Shown here: positions 41,030 to 53,315 of the stretch, one piece after another
Layout: each line of letters starts with the position of its first letter
Numbering within the stretch: position 1 is the stretch's first letter
Assembly: GCA_951406725.2 (NCBI GenBank)
Contig: OX597834.1
Coordinates: forward strand, 19,654,001-19,718,000
Source of the DNA: Octopus vulgaris
Lineage: Eukaryota
DNA: 64,000 bases
Direction: 5' to 3'
Notes under the pieces: model-generated
Seen by the model: the letters and a program-made list of their open reading frames with translations, nothing else
What the model was told of the DNA's origin: nothing
Database searches by the model: none
Made by a program: the position numbers and the translations under genes

Positions 41030-41383
41030 TTGTTACAAACTTCCTGTTTTAAAGCGATCTAAATAATTTATGTTCCAAATGCCAACAAAGTTTAAATCCT
41101 GATAGATCAGCATTTATAGGACAAGAAACCTTACAGAGCAGAAAATTCTTCTGCTCTGTAAGGATTTCATCCTATTTATGCTGTTCTGTCAGTCCTTGCG
41201 CGTTGAAAAAAATATATCTTTCTACTTGTACTACAAGACATTTCAGCACTTCATAAACAAACTTCTGTTTGTTTACCTACGACATAATTGACAAAGTTAT
41301 TTTATTACATTCTTCATTAATTCCAAAATTAATTGAAACAAAGACAGTATTTTCCAATATGAATATGGTAACAAGATGGTTAA
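41030..41383 (-). mobile_element. TTAA-type MITE related to 61493-62112, split by an insert of about 200 bp (41087-41283)
   Basis: AATTTATGTTCC and GACAAAGTTATTTTATTAC...GGTAACAAGATGGTTAA resemble the reverse complement of the 61.5-62.1 kb MITE. Confidence 0.6.
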
Positions 41384-42763
41384 ATATGACCCATATCCTC
41401 CTTTTGTGCTGATCATTATCTTTTGTCAGAATATTACCAGAAGTCCCTTGTTCAGATGCTGAAATAATAAAATGTAAAATATTTCTTTAAAAAAAAAATA
41501 ATAAAAGAGTGAGAAATAATTTAATATTATTTCAACAAATTCCTCATCCTTTCGGTTAATTCAACATCAGCAGATAAAATATTCTCTTTCTTGCTCAGTT
41601 GGCAGGAGAAATATTTCAATGTAAAATAGAATTATATTTCGTTTGTTGTTTTTCTTTTTGTTTTTCGTTCATCCTTATCAATATTTGATTCCTAAGATAC
41701 TATTAAATTAATTGTAATTGTGAAGTGTCAGAAACTATGAAGTAAAACATCCGATCTTTGTGACAAAGGCTTCCTAATGAAGGAGTCTCTGTGCCAATTG
41801 TTCTTAAACTCAAACCATGGCACACCAGTATGTTTTGATATATAGCAAAATGCATTGAGAAATAATGAAATTATGCAGGTTTCAAACTTTAGTGCAATAT
41901 CAGCAATTTTAGGACAGGGATAAATTGGTTACATTAACCCCAGTCCTCAACTGGTACTTATTTTAATGACCCTGGGAAAATAAAAGGCAAAGTTCACTTC
42001 GGTGGAATTTGAACTCAGAAGGTAAACATGGAAAAAATGCTGCTAAGCATTTTGCCCAGGGTGCTAACAGTTCTGCCAGCTCACTGCCTTTGATTTAAAA
42101 ATTATATTTGTCCTTTGTCTTACCTCTGTCTCACATTGATACATCATCATCATCATCATCCTCATCATCATCGTTTAATGTCCGTCTTCCATCCATGCAT
42201 GGGTAGAATGGTTAACAGGAGCTGACCAGGTAGAAGACTACCCCAGGCTATTGTGTGTTTTGATAGGGATTTGGTTGCTGGATGCCCTTCCTAACACCAA
42301 CCACTCTGCAGAGTGGACAGAGTGCTTTTTACGTGGTTCCAGCACAGGCAAGGACAGTTGGCATGGTTTTTACAGCTCTGTTGTCTAAGATTCATATACA
42401 ACACACATTCCCAATGTTTTTTCAACCATCCAGAGTAATTTGGGACTAAAGAAAGGAAAGCTTTTTATCACTCAGAATGTACGAAAAAAATAGACTAATT
42501 AAAACTCTGAAAACAAACATGGATGTTTAGGACACACTTCTGAAAATCATTTTGACAGGCAAACGGTTATGTATTCCTCTATTTTTGTTCTGTACAAATT
42601 TTACTTTTTGACCCGACCCGGTGCCTTCCCATTCAGCTGAATCCTGGTCTATTATATACATACATATATACATGCATATATGCATACATACATACATACA
42701 TACATATATATATATATGTATAAAGATGTACATGTATGTAGGTATGTATCTATGTATCTATTT

Positions 42764-42802
<39 letters not shown>

Positions 42803-42805
42803 TAA

Positions 42806-42888
<83 letters not shown>

Positions 42889-43556
42889 ATATATATATAT
42901 ATGTATGTATATATGTATAGAGAGAGATGGGGAGGGAATGAGAGGGATAAAGATAGGCAAGTAAAAGAGCTATGATAATGAAACTTGTGAGAGAAGGAGG
43001 TAGAAAAGCATAGAAATGTGAAACAAAATGACAATTAAATAGTGAGTAGAAGAATGGAAATAAACATTACCAGATAAAAGAAATAGACCATTATCAAACA
43101 TTTCAATGCCTGCCCTTTATCAAAGAGAAGTGGAAGTAATAAGAGAAGTAAGAGGAAAATAATAGAAATGGTAACAATTTTATGACATCTGTTTACATTG
43201 CAGGCTTGGTGTAATTTTTGTGTGAGTGTGTTTGGAAACTTCTTAGCCATTGTAAAAGATCATAAAAGTCGAAGTGTAAAGGATAGATTTGTCAGTCAAC
43301 TGCACCTAATACATAGATCAAAGAACAGATTGTTAACCACTAGTTATTGAAGTCAATGTTATTTTGGTAAAGATTCTTATCATTCAGAAAAACCCAAAGA
43401 TGTCCATGTGTTTTAACATGTTGGAACTGTCTATTTACAGCAAAACAATCAGCTTAGTTTTCCGTCAAGGAAATGTTTTGCATGTACCAAAAGAGTAACA
43501 AAAAAAAAAAAAAGGAAAAGGGTACCAGCCTGGAGGGTGGTAAGAAATTTGCTTAA

Positions 43557-43757
43557 CCCCTTACCCAACAATTATTTTGAAAATAAATGTATTCTTTCAG
43601 ACATATTTTTTATAATATGACATATTTTTTATAATAGACGAAGGAACTCGTTTGCTGTCGATTTTGGCGAGTCTATCTTTTGACGAGTTAACTCGCCAGA
43701 GATAGCAAAAAACGATTTCGGTCAAAACGCATATATTCGTTTCTGCTGGGTAAGGGG
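43557..43757. mobile_element. piggyBac-like MITE with perfect TTAA TSD, inserted in a SINE-A head
   Basis: TTAA|CCCCTTACCCAACA...TGCTGGGTAAGGGG|TTAA; TIRs match at 13 of 14 positions. Confidence 0.88.
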
Positions 43758-44205
43758 TTAATAACCACATGGTTCTTGGTTCAATCCCATGGTGTGCCAC
43801 CTTGCGCGCAAGTGTCTGCTACAAAAGCTTTGGGTCAACCAAAGCTTTGTGAGTGGATTTGATAGACAGAAACTTCATTTAGTCATCAGACTGCGACCAT
43901 GCTGGGGCACCACTTTGAACTTTTAGTGAAATGAAATGACCCCAGTACCTAATTTTTCAAGCCTGTTACTTATTCTATCAAGTGTCTTCTGCTATGGCCC
44001 TGAGCCAATCAAAACTTCATGAATAGATTTTGAATTTATTAGATGGAAACTGAAAGTAGCTAAGACATACATACGCATGCATATTGTGGGATCACATAAC
44101 TGACCAGACAATTGGATATTATTATACATTGCTGGTCTCAATGCGCTTTACAGCAATTTACATTTTAAATAGTGCCATCCTGCTGGCTAGGTAAGCACAC
44201 CAATA

Positions 44206-44435
44206 TATTTCTTTATTGCCCACAAGGAGCTAAACATAGAGGGAACAAACAAGGACAAACAAATGGGTTAAGTCGATCACATCAACCCCAGTGCGTAACT
44301 GATACTTAATTTATCGACCCCGAAAGGATGAAAGGCAAAGTCGACCTCGGCAGAATTTGAACTCAGAACATAGCGGCAGACAAAATATGGCTACGCATTT
44401 CGCCTGACGTGCTAACGATTCTGCCAGCTCGCCGC
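44206..44435 (-). mobile_element. SINE-B, full length
   Basis: Reverse complement of the B family sequence. Confidence 0.9.
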
Positions 44436-45310
44436 TGTAAGCAGACCAATATGCTCTCTCATCTGAATATTTGAAGGGTAGTCCATTGCAGGGTCACCCA
44501 TCCACAGCTGAGTCAACTGGAGTAACAGGAAATGGAGTGTCTTGCTCAAGAACACAATGCACTGCTTGGTCCATGAACAGAACCAATGATCTACCAATTG
44601 TGAGTACAATACTTTAAACACTGGACCACATGTCTTCACATGTGTGTGTGTGTGTGTGTGTGTATGTGTGTGTGTGTATGTGTGTGTGTGTGTATGTGTG
44701 TTCACGTGCATGCACATGCATTTGTGTCTCCTTGTCTTCGCATTACACAATAGCTGTAAACAAGCATCACCTTCATACAAGCAGTGTTCTTCGTTTCCAA
44801 TCTGCCATGAAATCATGTTCAGCCATGAGGCAACATTACTTTGCATGGAAACAACAGACGAGAGTTGGCAACAGGAAGGGCATGCTTGCCATAGGACATC
44901 TGCCTCAGCAAAATACACAACAACCATGTAAACATAGAAGAGTGAACGTTTAGACGACAACAACGACGACGACGGTGGTGGTGGTGGTGATGGTGATGGT
45001 GATGATGATGATGATGATGATGAAGAAGAAGAAGAAGAAGAAGAAGAAGCAGGGCTGGCTGGTGCCGTGTAACTCACTTATTAGCATGACACAATGACAA
45101 TAGGAAAATGTCATTTGAATTACTGAACATGTGATCAATAGCTCACCATTTATAAACCTTAAATGCTTCGTCCAGAAATACAACCAAAAGCCTGCATCTG
45201 ATACAGATTCATTAAAAACGGTATTTAGCAAGGTGGCCCTACTGTTCCAGATATTGCCGTTGTTCTTGTTGTTGTTCTTCTTCTGATTGTAATTATTATT
45301 ATTATTATTA

Positions 45311-45354
<44 letters not shown>

Positions 45355-46581
45355 GTTATTGTTATTATTATTATTATTATCATTATTATTATTATTATTA
45401 TTGTTATTGTTATTATTGTTATTGTTATTATTATTATTATTATTATTATCACTGTCTCTCAGCTGATGTTAAAATTTGTTTTATGTTCATCATAAAAACA
45501 TTAAGTTGACACATGCAAAAACAAAAAAAAAAAACAAAGAGTAAAAAAAAAATCTAAATAAACACAGTTTCTGTAGATCTGTCATTATATTTGGAATGAT
45601 CTCAGTTGGAGATCATTCCAAATTGAGGGTTATTGTTCGTCAAACAGAAATCATCAAGAGAATCAATATAAAATTTGAAAAAGAACAAACAAAGAAAATT
45701 TTGAATTTAAGCAAAAAACAAAGGGACACGTGTAAAAAACAAAAGTGGGGTATATGGGTAGGGTATATGGGGTAGATGGAGTTGGGGAAATAATGAGAGG
45801 AAACATAAAAAGCATCATAACTGACATTTAAAACATTAATGGAAGCCATGCATGTTAGGAAAAAAAATAATAGAAATTCTTTCTTCGTTGCATATTGTCT
45901 CGTGTTTTATTGATTCTTTGGTTATATTTCGGCACATAAATGACAGGAAGAGTTGTTTCACGTTATGTGCACTTGTAAAGTCTTTTTTGTAAAGAACAGG
46001 AATGAACACCATGGAATCACATGTTGACCTTCCTCGTTTTAACATTTAGAGCTCATCAGTATTTTTAGAAACCATCATTGTAAGCATCATCAGCATCAGC
46101 ATCATTTAATGTCCATCATGCTGGCATGGGTTGGACGGTTTGACAGGAGCTGACTGGCTGAAGGGCTGTTTAGGCTGGTGTATTTACGTGCCCGTAACTT
46201 AGTAATACGGGAAAAGAGACCGAATGAATAAGTACTAGGCTTACAAAGAATAAGTCCTGGGGTCAATTTGTTCGACTAAAGGCAGTGCTCAAACATGGCC
46301 ACAGTCAAATGACTGAAACAAATAAAATAGTATATGTATGTGTGTGTGTGTGTGGGGGGGTATCCCTCTCTCTCTTTCGGAGAGACACAAGCACCTACAT
46401 GCACATATACACACACGGCAGTAACTTCTACCTACCGAATTCAATCACAAAGCTTCGGTTGACTCGGGGCTATAGTGGAAGACACCTGCCCAAAGTGCCA
46501 CGCAGTGGAACTGAACCTGAAACCATGTAGCTAGGAAGCAAGCTCCCTAACCACACAGCCATGCCCGCGCACATATACATA

Positions 46582-46941
<360 letters not shown>

Positions 46942-47215
46942 CATGATGCAACATGTAATATGCCTCAAGAGACTTTCTTGAAAAGCTTCTTTCTGTTTCC
47001 ATTTTGTCATTGTTCTTTTATTTATTCCTTTATTCTCTTCATAAAAGAAACAACATTGACAGATTCACAATTATATTTCTCAGGTGTGTGCTTTGTGAAA
47101 TTGCTTCAAAATATTTCCCTTGTTTTCTCCTATTTTTGACATTCTAGAATTTAACGATGATAAATAACCTTAAACAGCTATTGTACTGTTTGTTTAGGTT
47201 TTTATTTTTGTTTTG

Positions 47216-47260
<45 letters not shown>

Positions 47261-47348
47261 CTTGCATGTGTGTTTGCATGTGTGTGTTTGTGTTTTCCCT
47301 GGTTACAATTTAATGTTCCTTCATTATAAAATATGTAATATACAAATG

Positions 47349-47381
<33 letters not shown>

Positions 47382-47522
47382 GTATGTATGTATGTATGTA
47401 TGTATGTATGTATGTATATATGTATGTATGTATGTATGTGTGTTTATGTGTCTATGTGTTTGTGTATGCATGTGTGTATATATATATACATATATATATA
47501 TATGTATGTATGTATATATATG

Positions 47523-47564
<42 letters not shown>

Positions 47565-48041
47565 TACTGTATATACATGTAATCTGTATATCATGTGTGT
47601 ATATGAGTGTAAGTGTGTATGCACATAAGCATGTTTGCATGTATGCAAAGATATATAAACACAAAAGCAATAAGAAATACAACTAAATGGATTGGATTAA
47701 TTGAGACATTTCCTTCATGAAGGATAATCTCTCTTAATTGCTCTGTGTAAGTGATTGCCACCATGTGTGTTTGTATTGGAACAGAAGCTTGGCTTTACTG
47801 TTGCTGGATGAATGATAACCAATACATATAAAGATATGATTTCTCCTTCCACTCATTCATTCACTCATTCTCTCTCTCTCTCTCTCTCTCCCTCTCTCTT
47901 TTTGTCATTCTTTATCTATATCTGTATCTATATATCCATGCATCTCTCTTTCTCTGTGTATCTATCTTTCTATCTATCCATATATTCAGACACACATATA
48001 TACAGAGAGAGACAGTAAACTATTTTTTTACTGTTTATTTA

Positions 48042-48077
<36 letters not shown>

Positions 48078-48277
48078 GGTGTCTGTCTCTGTATATATAT
48101 GTATGTAAGGGCATCCAGCCGAAGAAACACTGCCAGATCAGACTGGGCCTGATGCAGCCTTCTGGCTTCACAGACCCCAGTTGAACCGTCCAACCCATGC
48201 TAGCATGGAAAGCGGATGCTAAATGATGAGGATGATGATGATGTATGTATGTATGTATGTATAGTTCTCTCTCTCAC

Positions 48278-48339
<62 letters not shown>

Positions 48340-48341
<2 letters not shown>

Positions 48342-48645
48342 GAAGCGCAATGGCCCAGTGGTTAGGGCAGCAGCCTCGCAGTCGTAGGATCGTGGTTTCG
48401 ATTCCCAGGCCGGGCGTTGTGAGTGTTTATTGAGCAAAAACACCTAAAAACTCCACGAGGTTCCGGCAGGGATCGTGATTCCTGCTGTACTCTTTCACCA
48501 CTCTTTCTCCCACTCTTTCTTCTGTTGGCCTGCTCGCGTAGCCAGCGAGGTGGCGTCATTCAAAGGCTAAAACAATGCAAACGCATTGTGACCAGCGATG
48601 TGTAACAACATCTGATGGACTGGTCAGTCACGTGATCACGTGATA
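48340..48645 (+). mobile_element. SINE-C with an alternative 3' body ending in (CACGTGAT)2 then (TA)n
   Basis: Head shared with 39424 and 63903; different sequence after TTTCACCAC. Confidence 0.82.
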
Positions 48646-49959
48646 TATATATATATATATAAATATATATAAAACACACACAGACACACAGACACACAGA
48701 CACACATACACACACACACACATATATATATATATATGCCTTCTTTCAGTTTCCGTCTACCAAATCCACTCACAAGGCTTTGCTCACCCCGAGTCTAAAG
48801 CAGAAGACTCTTGCCTGAGATGCCATGCAGTGTGACTGAATGCAGAACCATACAGTTGGGAAGCAAGCTTCTTACCACACATATATGTGCGCACACACAC
48901 ACACACAAACACATGTACGCGTATATATATATGTGTGTGTTTTTATCTGGCTTTTGTCTATAAATTCTCACACTTTGGTGATCTCCATCTTTGTATTTAG
49001 GTTTCCATCTCCCATTTTTCCGTTCCCCTCCTCTAACCCTCACCTTCCATCTCTCTCTCTCTCTCTCTCTCCCTCTCTCTTTCCCTCCCTCTCCGTCCTC
49101 TATTCCTTTGCATGTACATATCTTGTATACTGACACAAGATATCAGCAAATACTCAGGGTAGGCAGTAGGGAACAACAAAATCTCAACAAAAGCTTTTAT
49201 CAAAATGATACAATAACAGGTTTACTTGTGTTGATTATTTTTCTGTTTGCTTTGCCACCTTTGTTACTGAACTGTAAATATTTAAAGCCAATATTACATT
49301 CATTTAAGTTTTACAACAATAACACAGGGCTACAGGAGACCTTTTATATAGTCTGTACTTAGTCTTTGTAAGTTTTTTTTAATGTTTTTTCAGAGATAAT
49401 CAATGAGTTCAATATTATAGAATTTTCAAAAAATTAAAAGCAGTCAAATATGCCATGTTGTGTGTTTGCCGTGTGCAAATGTTTGGACAACAGAAATTAT
49501 TCACTTCACACATGCACGTGTCAATGTGTGCATGTGTAGTCTGATAAGTGTGTAGGCGTGGTCGCGTGGTAAGGAATTTCTTTCTCAACCACATGGTTCA
49601 GTCCCACAGAATGTCAACTTGGGCAAATGTATTTTTCTATAACCCTGGGCCAACCAAAATTTGTAAGTGGATGAGTGTATCTTATATGGACCCCATTTGA
49701 GAACCCCTGTTCTGGGAGAACACAAACACAAACAAAATACCTCAAGTGCAATCAGTTTCCATTCATGTAAACGTCTGCTGTGCCGTTCGTTTTATTGCTG
49801 ATTGCAATGGAAATGAGTTCAGAGCTGTGTAACACTTAATCCGCTCAAAACAAATTCACACAGAGAAACTTCTTGGATTCATGGAATGTCTGCATGGACT
49901 TTCTGAGTTTAGGAATTGGTCTTACTGGCTCATGAACTGACTCCCACCATGTATGTAAT

Positions 49960-50722
49960 AGTATGGCTGAGTGGTAAGTAGTCTGATTCCAAACCCTACG
50001 GTTCCAGGTTCAGTCCTACTGTGTGGCACCTTGGGCAAATATCTTCTACTAATAGCTTTGGGCTGATCAAAGCCTTGTGAGTGGATTCGGAAGGTGGAAA
50101 CTGAAAGAAGCTTGTTGTGGGTGTGTGAGTGTGTATATGTATGTGTGTGTTTGTCTTTTCAATGCTGCTTGACAACCAGTGTTGGTATGTTTACATCTTG
50201 TAACTTAGCAGTTCAACAGAGGCCACCAACAGAATAAGAATCAAGCTTAAAGATAACAAGAACTGGGTTTGATTCATTTGACTAAAGAAATTCATCAAGG
50301 CCATGCCCCAGCATGGCCACAGTCTAATGACTGTGTGTGTGAGTGCGTGGTTGCATGTGTATGTGTATATGTATATATAGGTGCAGGAGTGGCTGTGTGG
50401 TAAGTAGCTTGCTTACCAACCACATGGTTCCGGGTTCAGTCCCACTGCATGGCACCTTGGGCAAGTGTCTTCTGCTATAGCCCCGGGCCGACCAAAACCT
50501 TGTGAGTGGATTTGGTAGACGGAAACTGAAAGAAGCCCGTTGTATATATGTATATATATATGTGTGTGCGTGTATGTTTGTGTATCTGTGTTTGTCCCTC
50601 TAGCATTGCTCGACAACCGATGCTGGTGTATTTATGTCCCCGTCACTTAGCGGTTCAGCAAAAGAGACTGATAGAATAAGTACTGAGCTTACAAAGAATA
50701 AGTCCCGGGGTCGAGTTGCTCA
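49960..50722 (+). mobile_element. Two tandem SINE-A copies: older 49960-50330, younger 50379-50722
   Basis: Both colinear with the A family. Confidence 0.88.
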
Positions 50723-51009
50723 ACAATATACTCTTCTAACCCAAGCTAGTGTTGAAAAAACAGGTGTAAAACAGATGAAGAGTTTATTTCTAAAGTTAAT
50801 TCACATGTTGAAGGGGAAAGCAACAGTCTGAAGCTTGAATTTATTGCTTGAAGTGTATTCCATACATCAGCTTTTAAACTTAATAATTTCATTAAAGCTC
50901 TCTCAACAGTGTAATAGCTTTGTCTAAGTAGAGAGACACAGACAGACGGACAGATATCTGTCCACCACCAACAGACAGACTCTACTGAAATTTGAGGACC
51001 ACCTAAGTG

Positions 51010-51360
51010 ACCACACATGCACATGCACACAGAAACACACACACACATACGCAAGAGTGCATGTGCACGCACTCAACCACACAGAAATGCAAACGCACAC
51101 AATCACATACACACACACACACACACACAGAGAGAAACACATGCAAACACACAGACACACAAACATGCACACACATGAAAATACACACACACACAACTAC
51201 ACAGAGACACACACATACACGCAAAAGTGCACACACACACACATACACACACATACACGCAAAAGTGCACACACACACACATAAACGCAAAAGTGCACAC
51301 ACACACACACATACACACAAAAGTGCACATACACACAAAAGTGCACACACACACACACAC
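51010..51360. repeat. (CA)-based repeat with recurring AAAAGTGCA anchors
   Basis: Anchor occurs five times between 51220 and 51345. Confidence 0.9.
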
Positions 51361-51950
51361 ACCATGATTTAATGGCTTCTCCATCGATGATAGCATATTG
51401 TTCTTTTCGTTTTTGTTTTTGTTTTTGTTTTCTTGTTTTTGTGCATCGTTATTTTTTGTTTTCTAAACATGGCTTTGGACAAATTGAAGTTTAGTACATT
51501 TGGCAGATTATCAGCTATACTTTACCTGATCGAAAATGTCAATGTGCTCTCCTTCTCTCTCTCTCTCTCTCTCTCTCTCCCCCTCTCTCTCCCTCTCTCT
51601 CTCTCCCCCTCTTTCTTTCTCTTCTATCTCATGATATATGAATGAATAAGTAAATAAATAAATCTTCCCAATGCGAACTGCCATTAATATATCAAAGTTT
51701 AAAGAAGAATCACTATGAAATTACCAAACACATTTTCTCTTGCTCACAGATTCTTTCACTGGTTTCACTCATTGGATCATGGCCATGCCTGAGTATCGTT
51801 TTTTAGAGGTTTAATCAATCATAGTGATCTCTAGCATGAATTTCACTCAGGTGGGTTTTGAATTGATCCTCCTTTATTAAAATTATAAATTGCCCTTGTA
51901 TTTTATTTTTTTATATATAAAGGGATGCAACAACCAGATTACATTGGGAA

Positions 51951-52095
51951 CCGAGGTCGACTTTGCCTTTCATCCTTTCGGGGTCGATTAAATAAGTACC
52001 AGTTACGCACTGGGGTCGATGTAATCGACTTAATCCATTCGTTTGTCCCTGTTTGTCCCCTCTGTGTTTAGACCCTTGTGGGCAGTAAAGAAATA
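51951..52095 (+). mobile_element. 5'-truncated SINE-B with probable TSD AGATTACATTGGGA
   Basis: AGATTACATTGGGA at 51936-51949 recurs at 52095-52108. Confidence 0.85.
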
Positions 52096-52669
52096 GATTA
52101 CATTGGGAGCATAAACACAGACACAGACCTTGAACTTTTCTTATATATACATATACAGCAATGCTTTGATATATGAACTAATTTGTTCCTGGAGACTGCA
52201 AATAAACTGAAAACTCGTAAAGCAGAGCAATAATTTTCCATAGCAGCAATGTTATAAATCGTAATTCGTCCCAAGAAAAAAATTTTGGTAGAATGTAAAG
52301 AATATTTTATGTGAAGTAAAAAGAATGTCGAGATCATTTATAATAAAAAATATTTTCATTAAAATCATTTTCTGAATCACTTTCACTCACACTAGACTTG
52401 CACACACTATCACTTGTATACACGATCACCAATTCACAAGTACTCATAGACAGACTTGTAGATTTCTTGTTAAAAAACAAGTCTTGATTTGCTTGTTTGA
52501 AGAAGCTTATTTTGCTCTCTATAAATTTCTCGGTAACACGCAGAAGTATTTGTTATAGTAGTAGAAAGTTTTGCACATCATTCAAAATTTGGATCTTGTG
52601 CTGGGAAAATATAACTCATAAACCTGAGGTCTCATAAAGCAGGTCCTCATAAAGTGAGCTATTACTGTA

Positions 52670-52848
52670 CATAGATAGCCACTACACACATTTTTTACTC
52701 TCCTTGTTTTTTCTGTGTCCCTTTCTGTAGAAGAGCGTAGGCTCGAAACATAAAAAACTTTTTCTGTTCCTGAGCGTTATACTAATACAACTGTTTGTTT
52801 TGTACACCATCTGTATTCGTCTTTTGTTTTTTTCGTAAACTCTCCCTA
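52670..52848 (+). mobile_element. Penelope-like 3' terminal segment with hammerhead-like motif
   Basis: Homologous to 11640-11830; CTGTAGAAGAGCGTAGGCTCGAAAC; followed by (TA)n. Confidence 0.75.
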
Positions 52849-53279
52849 TATATATACATATCGTTGTTATTATGCAAAAGTGTCGTAAGTCCAAAACATT
52901 GTTTTTTTTTTTAGTAAACAGAAAAATAGTTTCACTATTCCATAGCAAATACTTGTACTACACTGACAGTTTTTGATATCATGGTTTCTAAAGCAGCTGG
53001 AGATACAATGGTTTGACCAAAAAAAGAAAAAAATTGAAAAAAAACGCATCTGGCCAAATTTGGACATAGCATAATAGCAATGATATATATATACACAAAT
53101 GGCTTCTTTCAGTTTTTGTCTACCAAGTCCACTCACAAAGCTTTGGTTGGCCTTACTGACAGAAAGATACACACACATAGATATACACTCACCCAAAGTG
53201 CCATGCAGGGGGACTGAACCCGGAACCATGTAGTTGGGATGCAAGCTTCTTACCACAGCCATGCCTGCACCTATTATGC

Positions 53280-53315
<36 letters not shown>

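Noticed and set aside
47711-47724. 14-bp palindrome TCCTTCATGAAGGA
   Set aside because: Seven-bp arms are expected several times by chance in 64 kb
49747-49813. Interleaved short inverted repeats (TGCAATCAG/CTGATTGCA and TTTCCATT/AATGGAAA)
   Set aside because: Stems of 8-9 bp with asymmetric interior; not a credible pre-miRNA or pseudoknot without other support
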